From Thecamonas trahens ATCC 50062 (taxonomy: Eukaryota > Protista > Apusomonadida): a stretch of DNA of 64,000 bases. This document shows, piece after piece, positions 27,901 to 42,900 of the stretch (within the stretch, counting starts at the first letter, position 1; each line of letters begins with the position of its first letter). Position numbers and translations under genes: made by a program. The DNA lies in assembly GCF_000142905.1 (NCBI RefSeq), contig NW_013657677.1:1-64000 (forward strand), read 5' to 3'. A model generated the notes under the pieces. The model searched no databases and was not told the origin of the DNA. It saw nothing but the letters and a program-made list of their open reading frames with translations.

Positions 27901-30900
27901 CCAACCTCGCCTTCTCGCACCCGGAGCTCCCGCGGTCGACAAAGTCGTACTTCCTCGTCGGCTCCGACATCGAGGCCTCGCCGCTCGCCTTTTCCCTTGT
28001 GGCGTCGCCCTCGCTTGGCTCGCTGGTCCTGGTCTCGGCCGCCACCGGCGAGGTCTCGTACCTCCCGCCGGTCGACTTCTTTGGCTCGGTCACCTTTACC
28101 TACCAGGTCTCGGACGGTGCGCTCTTTGCGCTGGTCCCGGGCTCGGTCACCATCGACGTCGTCCCGCCGGCCAACCACCAGCCGCGTGCCAACTCGACGA
28201 CCTACGCGCTCGAGGAAGACTCGAGCCTCACTGTGACCCTGGTCGGTACCGACCAGGACTCGGGCGATGTGCTGAGCTTTGAGCTTGCTCCCGGCGCCGG
28301 CGCCTCCAACGGCGCGTGCGCCGTCGACGCCGCCGCTCGCACCCTCACCTACACTCCGGCCGCAAACTACAACGGGGCTGACGCGTGTACATACGTCGTC
28401 GTCGACGACTCGGGCGAGACCGTCGACATGCCGGCTACCTCGGAGCCTGGCCTCCTCACCTTTAACGTCCTCCCGGTCAACGACCCGCCGCGCGCTCAGC
28501 CGCTCACGGTCGCCACCAACGAGGACTCTCCTGCCGCCGGCCTCTTTGTCGGCACCGACATTGACTCGTCCTCGGCCTCGTTTGTGTACTCGGTGGTCAC
28601 CCCGCCGGCTCACGGCAACGTGGTGGTCTCAGGCCCCGGCCCTGCGTTTACCTACACGCCGGCCGCAAACTACAACGGACTCGACTCGTTCACCTACAAG
28701 GTCAACGACGGCATGCTCTGTTCCAACACTGCCGCTGTCGCCATCTCGGTCGCGCCGGTTAACGACCCGCCGATCGCTGTCTCGGGCACGCTCGCCGTCA
28801 ACGAGAACTCGGCTGACAACACCACCCTCATCGGAACCGACGTCGACTCGGCCCAGCTGTACTACACCATCACGTCGGTGCCGACCAAGGGCACCATCAC
28901 CGCCTTTGATCCGGCGACTGGCTTTGTCGAGTACACCACCAAGACCAACGTCTGCACCTTCCTCTGCTGGGACTCGTTCACCTTTACCGTCTATGACGGC
29001 CAGGACACGTCCAACACCGCGACCGTCAACGTCACCATCGTCCCGCCGTCCAACCGCCTGCCCTACGGCGAGCCGGCGGCATACACACTTGCCGAGGACT
29101 CGTTCACCGTCCAGGCTCTCGCTGGCTCGGACCGCGACCCGCTCGACGTCCTCACCTTTGCCATCAAGACCGACGGTCCTGCCGCCGGCCCCTTCCATGG
29201 CTCTGTTGTGCTCGAGACGCCGACCTCGTTCCGCTACACTCCGGACGCAGACTACAACGGGCCAGACTCGTTCTACTACATTGTGTCGGACGGTAAGGCC
29301 GAGTCGTCGCCGGTCGCCATCTCGCTCACCGTCACTCCAGTCAACGACCCACCGGCCGGCGCCGACGCCACATACAACCTGGCCGAGGACTCGCTCCTCG
29401 CAGGCGTCGCCCTCGTTGGCACAGACATTGACGACGAGACCTCGGTCCTCCGCTACTTCCTTGACTCTTCTGCGTCCCCGTCGGGCACCGTCAGCCTGCC
29501 GTCGGCAACCTCGCCGGCCTTTTCGTTTGCCCCGGACAAGGACTTTAACGGCGTCGTCACCTTTACCTACCACGTCAAGGACGATGACCTTGCCTCGTCG
29601 TCTATCCACACCGTGACCCTCAATGTGGGCCCGGTCAACGACCCGCCCGTCGCCTTCAACTCGGCGTTTACCGCCGACGAGATTGTCGCTGGCGAGGCCG
29701 TGCCGGCCACGGCCTCGTCGTCGTTTGTCGCCACCGATGTCGACGCCGGTGAGACCGCCACCCTGACCTACACCCTTGTCGCCGGCCCGCGCCACGGCGT
29801 GCTCGTCGGCAACTTTGCCTCCACCGGTGCCTTTGACTACGTGCCCGAGACCGACTACGCGGGCGAGGACTCGATGGCCTTCTTTGCCACTGACGTCAAC
29901 GGCGCCGTCTCGAACGTCGCCAACGTCTCCATCACCGTCGTCCCGCCGCTCAACCACCGCCCGCGCGTTGCCGACGCCACCCTCGCCACCATGGAAGACA
30001 TCGTGCTCACCTCGACCCTTGTCGGCACCGACAAGGACGTCGGTGACACGCTCACCTTCTCCATCGTGGCCGATGGCTCGCTTGGCTCGGCCACCTTTAC
30101 CAACGCCTCCACCGGAGTCGTGGAGTACACCCCGAACCCGAACCTCTCCGGCTCGGACTCGTTCACTTACCGCGTCACCGACTCAAAGGCCATGGTCAAC
30201 TCGGCCTCGTTCATCGCCACCGTCACCGTCAACATCGCTCCGGTCAACGACGCTCCGGTCGCCACCTCGCAGCACTTCAACTTCGTCGAGGACGCCGTCC
30301 TCGTTGGCACCCTCATTGCGTCAGACGTCGAGACGGCCTCCTCCGCGCTAACCTACACCGTTGTTGCGCCGCCAGCGCACGGATCGATCGTCGTCACCTC
30401 GCCGGGTGGCGGCTTTGAGTACCGGCCGAATGAGCACTACAACGGCGCCGACGCATTTGCCTTCCGTGCTTCGGACGGCTTGGCTTCGTCGAACGTCGCC
30501 AACGTGACCATTACCGTGACGCCGATCAACGACGCCCCGGTCGCCATCTCGGACACCCTCTTTGTTGACGAGAACTCGGGCGTGACCTCCTTTGCCCTCG
30601 CCGGTTTGGATGTCGAGGACGACTTGGCCATGCTCACCTTTGCCGTCGGCGGCACCTCGCCGTCGCGCGCCTCGGTCTTTACCCTGCATGCCAACGGCTC
30701 TGTCGCCTACGCGCCGGCCGTCGACGTCTGGGGCGCTGACTCGTTCACCTTTACCGTCACCGACTCGACCGGCGTGACATCGGCCCCGGCCACTCTCGCC
30801 ATCACCATCGTGCCGCCGGCGAACCACGTCCCGCGCTGTGTCGACCGCGAGCTCACCACGGCCGAGGACACCCTCGCTTCGATCACCCTCACCGGCACCG

Positions 30901-33900
30901 ACCAGGACGCCGCCGATGCCGGCTCGCTCACCTTTGCCCTCGTCGAACCGCCGCGCCACGCTGTGACGTACGTCCTCGATCCGGCCACTGGTGTCCTCGA
31001 ATACGCCCCGGCACCCAACTTTGTCGGCTCCGACTCGGCCCGCTACACCGTCACCGACGGGACCGACGTCTCGCGCCCGGCCGTCATCGCTATCACGGTG
31101 ACGCCGGTCAACGACGCGCCGGTCGCCTACGACGACACCCTCACCACCGCCGAGGACTCGCCGCTTGCCGCCTCGCTCGTCGCCACTGACATCGACACTC
31201 CTGCGGCCGACCTCTCGTACACTCTACTCTCGACGCCGTCGGCCACCCTCGGCTCGGTCGCCCTTGTCGGCTCCGGCCCGGGCATCGTCTTTACGCCGGC
31301 CGCCGATGCCTCGGGCTCGGACACGTTCACCTTCCGTGTCTCGGACGGCACGCTCGACTCGGGCGTCGCCACCGTCACGCTCGTCGTCGTGCCAGCCAAC
31401 GACGCACCGACTTGCACCGACGGCGCCGCCAGTGTGGACGAGGACGCCGCCGCGACGAGCCTCACCCTCGCCTGCGCTGACGTCGACATCGGCACCTCGG
31501 GCGACGTCCTCGAGTGGGTTCTTGCGCCCAACGCGTCGCCGTCGCTCGGCTCGCTCTCGAGCTTTAACCCGGCCACCGGTGCAGTGGACTACACCCCTCG
31601 CGCCGACGTCTGGGGCGTCGACTCGTTCAAGTTCTACGCCCGCGACGCCGACGGCGTCCAGTCCAACGTCGCCGTCTTTGTGGTCACCATCAACCCGCCG
31701 GCCAACCATCAGCCGCGCGGCGCCCCGGTCGTCTTTACCATTGCCGAGGACGCCGCCGTCACTTCGTCGACCCTCGTTGCCACTGACCAGGATGCTGCCG
31801 ACAGCCTCTCGCTGCAGCTCGGTGCCACCGCTCCCTCGTTCGGCACTGTCTCGTTTGACGGCCTCACCGTGAGCTACGTGCCGAACAGCAACGCCAACGG
31901 CGTCGACACCTTTAGCTACGTTGTCAACGATGGAACCGGCGCGTTGGTCGAACCGGCCCTCTCCGCCGACGCTCTCATCACCGTCAACGTCGTTCCGGTC
32001 AACGATCCGCCGACCGCGGTGCCGTCGGCATTCACCGTCGCTGAGGACGCCCAGCACTTTGGCACAGTCTCGGGCGCCGATATCGACTCGTCGCTCGCCT
32101 CGCTCCGCTACTCGATTGTTCTCGACTCTGAGAACGGCACCGTCCTGCTTGACGCCGACGGCTCGTTTGTCTACACCCCGCGGCCCGACTACAACGGCCC
32201 CGATGCCTTTGTGTTCAAGGCCAACGACGGCGATCTTGACTCGGAGCCGGTCGCGGTCTCGATTACCGTCACCCCGACCAACGACGCGCCCATTGCCGAC
32301 GACATCTCGGTCGCGGTCGACGAGAACGGTGGTGCTATCACCATCACGCTCTTTGCCACCGACATCGACGCCGGTGACTCGCTCACGTACTCGCTCGCTG
32401 GAGCGGCACCGGCGCTCGGCGTCACCTCGGGCCTCGACACCGCCGCGGGTACCGTCACCTACACGCCGAACACCGATGTGTGGGGCATCGATGCCTTTAA
32501 CTACCGCGTCTCGGACGGTTCGACCTTCTCCAACACTGCAACCGTCACCGTCTCGATCGTGCCGCCGTCCAACCACGCGCCGCGCTCCGCGCCCGCCGCC
32601 TTTGTCACCCGCGAGGACAGGACTCTCCGCAACGTCCGCCTTGTCGGTACCGATCAGGACGCCGACGACGAGCTCACCTGGTCGCTCGTCTCGCGCCCGT
32701 CGGTGAGGGGCTCGCGCTACTCGCTCGACCCGGGCTCGGGCCGCTTCACCTACCGGCCGAAGCGCAACTACCACGGCGATGACTACGTCACCTACCGCGT
32801 TTCGGACGGCGAGGCCTTCTCGGCCACCGCCCGCGTCAACATCACCGTGCTCTCAGTCAACGATCGCCCGCGCTGCTTCAACGCTCGCACCCGGACCTAC
32901 GAGGACTCGCCCGGCCTTCGCTACTACCTCTGCGTCGCCGACGTCGAGACCCGCGGTGCTGACCTTGTCTACACCGTCGTCGTCCCGCCCGCCCACGGCA
33001 ACGTCACCATCGACGCCAACTACATGTTCTACGTCCCCGACCCGGACTTTAACGGCATCGACTCGTTCCGCTTTGAGGCTACCGACGAGGGCGGCCTCAC
33101 TTGCGCCGCCCGCACCGTCACCATCACTGTCGCGCCCGTCAACGACGCGCCCGTCGCCCACGATGGCGCCGGCTCGGTCGCTGAGAACGCGCCGCAGCCT
33201 GTTGCCTTCCGCCTCTCAGCCTCTGACATTGACTCGGACGTCGCAGACCTAACCTTTGCTCTTGACTCGGCCCCGACTCGTGGCACCGTCACCCGCTTTG
33301 ACGCCACCGCCGGCATTGTCTACTACAAGCCGAACACCGATGTATGGGGCGCCGACGCGCTGACCTTTACCGTCTCGGACGGCAAGGCCTCGTCCAACGT
33401 CGCCACCTTTGCCATCACCATCGTGCCGCCGGCCAACCATGTCCCGCGCGCCTACCCCGACGAGTTCTCGCTCCTCGAGGAGGCCACCGGTGCCTTTGCG
33501 CTCACCGCCACCGACCAGGACGCCGCCGACACTCTCACCTTTGTCCTCGTCTCGGGTCCGGCCCACGGCTCTGCGTCCATTGACGGCTCCTCGGGTGTCC
33601 TCACCTACACCGGTGAGACCGACTTTAACGGGCTCGACGCGCTCACCTTTGCCGTCGTCGACTCGGGCGTCCCGCAGGCCGAGTCGGCCACCGCCCGCGT
33701 CGTCCTCCGCGTCCTTCCGGTCAACGACCCGCCGGTCGCCGTCGACTCGGCCTTTGCCCTCTCCGAGGACACCCGGATCACCGGCCCTCTTGGCTGCTCT
33801 GACGTCGACTCGACCTCGTTCTCCTTCCTCAAGGCCGCCGAGACACTCCACGGTGCCGTAGAGATCACCGGCGCTTCGTTTGCCTACACGCCGTTTGTCA

Positions 33901-36900
33901 ACTACCACGGCGACGACGTCTTTACCTTCCGGTGCAACGACGGCGAGCTCGACTCGAACAACGCGACCGTGACCCTTACCATCACTAACGTCAACGACCC
34001 GCCGACCGCCGCCGACACCTCGGCCTCGGTCGCCGAAAACTCGCCGACTGGCGTCGTCGTCACCCTCCTCGGCGCCGACGTCGACGACGGCGACGTCCTC
34101 ACCTATCTCCTGCCCTCGCTCACTTCAGCCCGCGGTGGTAGCCTCGTCGACTTTGATTCGGCCTCGGGCAACGTCACCTACATTCCGCCCACCGACCTCT
34201 GGGGCGCCGACGTGTTCGAGTACTCGGTCACCGACGCCGCGGGCGCCTCGTCGCGCCCGGCCACCGTCACCGTCACTATCGTCCCGCCGGTCAACCACAT
34301 TCCGCGGACGCAGCCCAAGACGGTCAATCTTGCTGAGGACGAGCGGGTCACCGTCCAGCTCGTCGGCACCGACCAGGACGTCAACGACGTTCTCACCTAC
34401 GCCATCGTCTCGCCGCCGGTCGCTGCCTCGTTCTACGAGCTCGATGCCGCTACCGGCAAGCTCACTTACCAGCCGACCAAGGACTTTAACGGTGTCGACG
34501 CCCTCGTCTTTGCCGTCTCGGACGGCACCGCCGACTCGGCCTCATCCACCGTCACCCTCCTGGTCGCGCCGGTCAACGATGCTCCTGTCGCCGCTGCACT
34601 CACCATCTCCACCGAAGAGGAGCTGCCTGTCAGCGGCATCCTCCTGGGATCGGACATCGACAACGTTCTCGCCAACCTCACTTTTGCCTACGCCTCGTCG
34701 GTCCCGGCGTCGGTCGGCTCGCTCTCGGCCCTCGTCGACGGCGCTCCGGCGTTTACCTTTGCGCCCGCCAAGGACTTTGTCGGCACGGCCTCATTCGAGT
34801 TTGTCGTCTCGGACGGCTCGCTCGTCTCGGCCAAGGCCGTCGTCACCGTCATCGTCGCGCCCATCAACGACGCTCCGGTCGCGCTCGCCTCGTCGTTCTC
34901 GGTTCCCGAGGACGCCCCGGCCACCGGCGCCCAGCTCATGGCCTCGGACGTCGACTCGCTCGACCTCACCTACACCATCGTCACCTTCCCGGCCCACGGC
35001 ACAGTCTCGCAGCTCGACGCAGCCTCGGGGGCATTTGCCTACAAGCCCGAGGTCGACTACTTTGGCGCCGACGCGCTCACCTTCCGGGTCTCGGACGGCG
35101 AGCTCGACTCGGCCGTCGCCACCGTCACCATCGACGTCGTCCCGCCGTGCAACCACGTGCCGCGTGGTGCGCCGGTCGCACTCACCACCAACGAGGACGT
35201 CGCCGTCTCGACTACCCTCGTCGGCACCGACCAGGACGCCGGTGACGTGCTTACCTGGGCTCTTGTGTCACCGCTGCCTGCCGGCGCGCGCGCTGACCTC
35301 GATGCCGCCACCGGTCAGATCACCCTCACCCCGCCGGCCGACTTTGTGGGCTCGTTCTCGCTCCAGTACACTGTCACCGACGATGTCCAGGGCAACTGTG
35401 GGCCGCTCACCTCGCGCCCGCGGACCATCACCGTCGCCGTCGCCCCGGTCAACGACCCGCCGCTCGCCACAGACCTGACCTTTGCCACTCGCGAGGACAC
35501 GCCGCTCTCGCGTGCCCTCGCCGGCTCGGACGTCGATGCCGGTGACTCGCTCACCTATGCCATCGTCACCCAGCCAACCTACGGCGGAGTCGTCCTCGCT
35601 GCGCCGGGCTCGGCCGGCTTTACCTACACCCCGGCCGCCAACTTCCACGGCAACGACAGGTTCACCTACAAGGTCACCGACGCGTCGGGCGCCACCTCGG
35701 ATACGGCCTCGGTCGCCATTACGGTCTCGCCCGTCAACGACGCCCCGGTCTGCACCCCGGCCGCCTTTGCTCTCCCGGAGAACGCCAAGAACGTCCCGCT
35801 TGTCCTTCCAGCCTCCGACATTGACGCCGATCCGCTCACCTTTGCGCTCTGCTCCTTCCCGGAGCATGGCAAGCTCAAGCTCGACTGCGCCAAGGGCTCC
35901 GGCTCCAAGGGCTCACGCTCGTCCAAGGACTCGTCCAAGGACCAGGCCCGCACCGCCTCGCAATCGGCGTGCCCGGTGCCGAGTGCCTCGGCTTCCAAGG
36001 TCGCCATTTGCCACGGCACCTCCTCGTCCAAGAACCCGTGGGTCCGCATCAAGGTCTCGCGCAAGCGTGACGGCTCGCTCCAGAACGGCCACGTCATCGG
36101 GAGGTTCACGCCTCGTCCGCCAAGTCTGCCACTGGCCCCGTCTACCCAGACTACTGGCCGGGCACCAACGGCCTCGACTGCAACTGCGTCCGCACTACGC
36201 CGTCGACCGCCTCTGGCGCAAAGCCTGCCGCCTGTCGCGCGGAGCTCGTCCGCTACACCCCCGACCGCCGCTACTTTGGCCCGGACACCTTCTCCTTCCG
36301 CGCTCTTGACCCGGCCTCGGCGTCGTGCGGCTGCACCGCCGTCAACATTACGGTTGTCGGCCCGCCGAACCACCTGCCCGAGGGCGCCGACGCTACCTAC
36401 ACCCTGCCTGAGGACACCGTCCTGGAGGCCACGCTCTTTGGTACCGACCAGGACAAGGCTGACACCCTCACCTTTGCCATCGCCTCGCCCCGGCCCACGC
36501 CGCGGGCCCGATCGTCCTCAACCCCGCCACTGGTGAGTTTGCCTACACCCCTGCCGCCGACTACAACGGGCCCGACGCCTTCACCTACACCGTCTACGAT
36601 GGGACCAACTCATCGGCTCCGGCGACCGTGTACATCAACCTCACTCCGGTCAACGACGTGCCGCGCGCGTCCAACTCGAACGACTCGCTCTGCGAGGACG
36701 GCTCGGTCACTGGCGTCCTCCACTGGCTCGACGTCGATGGCTGCGCGCCGTCGACCTCGGTCCGCTCCGACGGCCGCGAGGTTGTCATCGTCGATGCAGT
36801 TGCCCGCGACTTCCGCAAGTCCCACCCCGACATGCAGGCCCGCATCAAGTTCGAGACCGGCATTGTTGAGGAGGAGCTCGGTGCGGATGGCAAGCCTGTC

Positions 36901-39900
36901 TACGCCCACCCTGGCTCGTCCACCCGCACCACCTCGGGCAAGGCTGCCTTTGACCAGTGGTACAACGACGTGCCCGGTGTCAACACCCGCATCTCCATTC
37001 AGCTCGAGCTCGTTGCAGACGCCAGGGACCCTTCGGTCTACACCTACTGCACCTCTAAGTTCTTCCCGCTCGACGGTGCAGGCTTTGGCAACGAGGGCCG
37101 CAGGCACAACTACCACTTTACCGTGGAGATGCACCTCTCGTTTGTCTACACCGGCGTCGGCTTCCAGGACTTCAGCTTCCGCGGCGACGACGACGTCTGG
37201 GTCTTCATCAACAACCGCCTCGTCATCGACCTCGGCGGCATCCATGGGCCCAAGTCGGCCAAGATCGACTTGCCCACCGTCGCTGCAGAGACCGGCATGG
37301 TCGTCGGCGGCACTTACCCCATGGCCATCTTCTTTGCCGAGCGCCACACTTCGGGCTCGAACATCTGCATCCGCCAGACCTTCAAGCTCTTCACCTGCGA
37401 CCAGTCGGTCTCGCTCGTCGCGCCACCGGCCCATGGCACCGTCACCCTTGCCGACACTACCTACACGTACACGCCGAACCCGCACTACACTGGTCCGGAC
37501 GCCTTTTCGTTTGTCGCCAACGATGGCTCGGGCGACTCGAACATCGCTACCGTCTCACTCGACGTCTGCTCCATCAACGACGCCCCTGTCGTCTACGACG
37601 CAGAGCTCGAGGTCGACGAGGACGCCGCCGACACCCCGGTCACCCTCCTCGTCACCGACGTCGATGCCGCCACCGCTCCGGGTGGTGACTCGTACCTCTG
37701 CTCCGTCGTCACTGCCCCGGCCCACGGCACCTTTGTCTTTTCAGACCCGTCGTCGTGCTCCGGTACCTACAAGCCCGACGTCGACTACTTTGGCCCCGAC
37801 TCGGTCGCCTTTGTCGCCACCGACGCCGCCGGCGCTGTCTCGAACATTGGCACGCTCTTTGTCTCGGTCGTTCCGCCGCCGAACCACATCCCACGCAACG
37901 CGCCTGCGTCGTTTGCCACAGACGAGGACTCCCCGGTCTCGGGCACCCTCGTCGGTACCGACCAGGACCTCCCCGCCGGCCAGGTTCTCGCCTTTACGGT
38001 GACGACTCCGCCGACGTTCGGCTCGGTCTCGCTCGACAGTCTCACTGGCGTCTTTACCTACACGCCGGCGAGCAACGCTAACGGGCCTGACGCTTTTGCC
38101 TACATTGTCACCGACTCGTACTCGCCGCCGGCCTCCTCGCCGCCGGCGGTTGTCTCCATCAATGTCGCTCCCGTCAACGACCCGCCGACCTGCTCTCCGC
38201 TGGATCTCGTTGTGGCCGAGGACTCCGTCCTCAACGTCGTCCTCGCCACTGCCGACATCGACACTCTTCCGCACGGCCTCGCCCATGCGCTCGTTTCGCT
38301 GCCGGCTGCCGGCAACGTCTCGCTCACTGGCGGTGCCAACGCGAGCTTCACTCCGGCCCACAACTTTAACGGCATCGTCTCGTTTGCCTACACCGTCCAC
38401 GACGGTGAGTACAACTGCGAGACCGCACTCGTCACCGTCACCGTCACCCCGGTCAACGACGAGCCGGTCGCGCTCGACGCTGCCTACTCGGTCGCCGAGT
38501 CGTCGCCGGCCGTCGTCCTTGACCTGCCGGCCACCGACATTGACACCGGTGACTCGCTCACCTGGTCCATCGAGTCGCCGCCGGACGCCCGCTTTGCCCG
38601 TGTCTTTGGCCTCGACGTCGACGCCGGCACCATCTCGTTCGAGCCGGTCACCGACGTCTGGGGTCCCACTTCGTTCACCTTCCGTGTCGCAGACGACTCG
38701 GGTGCAACCTCGAACGTCGCCACCGTCTCAGTCGAGATCATCCCGCCGGTCAACCACATTCCGCGGACCGCCCCGGCTAGCATCGCCACGCCCGAGGACA
38801 CCCCTGCCGTCATTGCCCTCGTCGGTACAGACCAGGACGTCGAAGACGTTCTCCGCTACATCGTCGTCTCGCCGCCGTCGCACGCCGCCTCATACACCCT
38901 GCATCCCGCCACCGGTGAGCTCTCGTACACCCCGGCTGCAGACTACCACGGCCTCGACGCCCTCACTTACAAGGTCAACGACGGCGCCGACGACTCGATC
39001 GTCGCCACTGTCTCCATCGTCGTCGCCCCGGTCAACGACGCTCCGCTCGCCGCCGACGCCTCCTTTGACCTTGTCGAGGACACCCTCCTCGACGGCGTCC
39101 TCTTTGGCGCAGACGTTGACTGCTGCCCGGCCGACAACCTGACCTTTGCCCTCACCGCCACCTCGCCCTCGGGCGTCGTCGCCCTCACCGCTCCGGGCTC
39201 GGCTTCGTTCACCTTTGCGCCTGCTCCCAACTTTGACGGCTCGACCTCGTTTGAGTACGTCGTCTCGGACGGCGCCCTCTTCTCCTCTCCAGGCGTCATC
39301 ACCATCAACATGCTCCCCGTCAACGATCGGCCCGTCGCCTTTGCCGACGCCGTCGCTGTCTCGGAGAACTCAGTCGACAACGCCATCGCCCTCGATGGCG
39401 CTGACGTCGAGGGCACGGCTCTTGTCTTTGCCCTCGCCTCGGCCACGACCCACGGTTCCATCACTCTCGATCCGGTCTCTGGCGTCGCCTCGTACACGCC
39501 GGACGTTGACTACTTTACTGTGGCAGCCGATCCGGCCCGTCCCGACGACGTCTTCACCTTTACCGTCTCGGACGGCGAGCTCGTCTCGCCGCCTGCAACC
39601 GTCACCATCACCGTCGTCCCGCCGGCCAACCACGTCCCGCGCTCCGCCCCGGCCTCGGTCACCACCTTTGAGGACACCTCGGCGTCGCCGCTCGCCCTCG
39701 TTGGCACCGACCAGGACGACGCCGACGTCCTCACCTGGTCGATCGTGTCCGGCCCGGCCGTCGCAGGGGCCTCGTTTGACCTCGACCCGGCCTCGGGCGC
39801 CTTTGTCTACTTCCCGGCCGCCGACTACTTTGGCTCGGACGCTCTCGAGTACGTCGTCACCGACTCGCGCGGTAACGTCTCGCTCTCTGCCGCCATCTCG

Positions 39901-42900
39901 GTCACCGTAGTCCCGGTCAACGACCCGCCGGTCGGTGCCCCGGCCGCCTTCCTCGTCTCCGAAGACGTCGTCCTCGCCGGGGAGGCCCTCTTCGCTGCCG
40001 ACATCGACGACGCCACCTCGAACCTTGTCTTCAACGTCGAGCGCGACGGTGTCCTCGGCGACGTGGACCTCGACGCCGCCTCAGGCCTCTTCTCCTACTA
40101 CCCGCTCCCGAATGCCAACGGCGGCGACTACTTTACCTACAAGGTCACCGACCCGTCCGGCGCTACCTCGCCCGCCTACCGCGTCAACGTCACCGTCGTC
40201 CCGGTCAACGACGTCCCGGTCGCCGACCCGGCCGTCGTCTCGGTTGCCGAGAACGCCGCCGTCGCCGCAGCAATCACCCTCACCGGCTCAGACGTCGACA
40301 TTGCCCGCGAGGGTGACGTCCTCACATTCTCGCTCACCGTCGTCCCGACCCACGGCAACATCACCCTCGACCCTGCCACCGGTGCCTTTACCTACCTGCC
40401 GCACGTCGACTACTTTGGTCCCGACACCGGGTACTTTGTCGTCACCGACGCCGCAGGCGCTGTCTCGGAGCCGGCCCGCATCCGCATCTTTGTCCGCCCG
40501 CCGCCGAACCACATTCCGCGCGTCGGCGACTATGCCTTTGCCCTCGACGAGGATACCCCGCTCACCCCGGTCTACCTCCTCGGCACCGACCAGGACACCG
40601 ACCAGTCGCTCACCTTTGAACTCGTCAACGTTCCGGAGCACGCCGCAAGCTACGCCCTCGACCCGGCCACCGGCCTCTTCTCCTACACTCCGGCGCTCAA
40701 CTACAACGGGCCCGATGCCGCTACCTACCGCGTTGTCGACTCGTTCTCGTCGTCGCCGGCTGCCTCGCGCGAGGGCTCCATCGTCTTTACCATCAACCCG
40801 GTCAACGACGCCCCGGTCGCGGCTCCGCTGGCCATCACCCTTCCCGAGGACTCGTCGCTCGTTGGCGAGCTTGACTGCTCCGACGTTGACCTTCCGGCCC
40901 AGGGCCTGAGCTACGCCCTCGCCGCCGCGCCCGGTGGCGCCGCTACCCGTGGAGCTGTTGTGCTCTCCGGCACTGACCCGTCGTTCAACTACACCTCGCC
41001 GCCCAACTTCGTCGGCTCGGACCTGTTCTACTGGTCCTGCGCCGACGACGGCACTGGCTCGCTGACTTCGAACGTCGCCCTCGTCTCTGTCACCATCACT
41101 CCGGTCAACGACGCTCCGGTCGCCGCCGACATCTCGGTCTCGGTCGACGAGCGCTCGCTGGAGGAGCCCGGCTCCGGGCCCTTCACCATTGCCCTCCTCT
41201 GCTCCGACATCGATTTGCCCGGCGACGTCCTCTCGTTTGCGCTCACCTCGGCCCCGACCCATGGCACACTCTCTGCTCTGGACTCGGCCGCAGGCACCGT
41301 CGACTACCTCTCGGACATCGACTACTTTGGCGCAGACTCGTTCACCTACACCTGCTTTGACGGCGCCGCCACCTCGAACACCGCCCGCGTCACCATCGCC
41401 GTCACCCCGCCGGACAACCATCCGCCGCGGTGCGCCGACGCTGCCTTTACCGTCGACGAGGACGGCTCGCTTGCTGTCAAGCTCGTCGCCACCGACCAGG
41501 ACGCCGACGACGCCGACAAGCTCACCTACACGCTGGTCGGCGAGCCGGCGTTCGCCGCCTCGGCCTCCCTCGGCTACACGTCGGGCGTCTTTGCCTACGC
41601 TCCGGTCGCCGATCACGACTCGACCTCCGAGTCGCTCGCCTACGTCGTCTCTGACGGCGACAAGTCCTCGCGCGCATGCGCCGTCACCGTCGCCTTCCGC
41701 CCGGTCAACGACGCCCCGGTGGCCTCGCCGGCTGCGTACACCACGCTCGAGGACATTCCGCTCGAGATCACCCTCGTCTGTGCCGACATCGACTCGGCCC
41801 AGTCGGAGCTCTCGTTCACTGTTGTCCAGGCACCGGCCTTTGGCTCGGTCACCCACGCCGCACCGGGCTCAGCAGCCCTAACCTACGCCCCGGCCGCCAA
41901 CTACAACGGTTCGGACGCCTTTGCGTTCACCTGCTCTGACGGTAACCTGACCTCCAACGTCGCGGCTATCTCGCTGAGCGTGACTCCGGTCAACGACGCC
42001 CCGGTCGCCGCAGACCTCGTCTTCTACGTCGACGAGAACTCGGTCGCCAACGCCTGCTCCTCTCGGCCTCAGACCTCGATATCGAGGCCGGCGAGCAGCA
42101 GTCGCTTCGTTTCACCATCGAGTCGACCGCGCGCCTTGGCTCGCTCGCCAACTTTAACCGTGACGCCGGCTCGCTCACCTACACCCCGAACGTCGACGTG
42201 TGGACCGTCAACAACTCCCTCCCAGACTCGTTCACCTACTCTGTCGCCGACTCGGCCGGCGGTATCTCCAACGTCGCCACCGTCACCGTCCACATTGTCC
42301 CGCCGACCAACCACATCCCGCGCTCGGCGCCGGCCACCCGGACCCTGTCTGAGGATACTACCGTCACCATTCCGCTCGTCGGAACCGACCAGGACGTCGC
42401 CGACCTGCCGGCGCTGGTCTTCTCAGTCGTTGACGCCCCGTCGCACTCGGATGGCTCGTTCGCTGTCGACCCCGCCACAGGCGTCGCCACCTACACCCCG
42501 GCCCTCAACTACCACGGCGCCGACACCTTTACCTATCGCGTCAGCGATGGCAAGGACTTCTCGGCCTCGTCGGTTGTCGCGCTCACCATCACGCCCGTCA
42601 ACGACCCGCCGCTCGCCCTCCCGGCCACCTTTACCGGCCCCGAGGATGCGCCCCTCCTGGGTTTCTTCACCGGCTCGGACATCGAAGGCTCGCCGCTCTC
42701 GTTCTCGCTCGTCGGCTCGGGCCCGGCCCTTGGATCGCTCGTCCGCGACGGTGCAGACTTTGTCTACCAGCCACCGGCAGACTTCTTTGGCAATGTCACC
42801 TTTGACGTTCTCGCCTTTGACGGCGCTGCCTACTCGCTGGCCCCGGCTACCATCACCCTCGTCATCACCCCGGTCAACGACGCTCCGCTCGCCCTCAACA

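Noticed and set aside
4961-37190. RGD motifs (FRGDDD twice, DRGD once) as integrin ligands
   Set aside because: Two are part of the conserved fibro-slime GDDD motif (NGDDD in copy 3), and a few RGDs are expected by chance in 16,900 aa.
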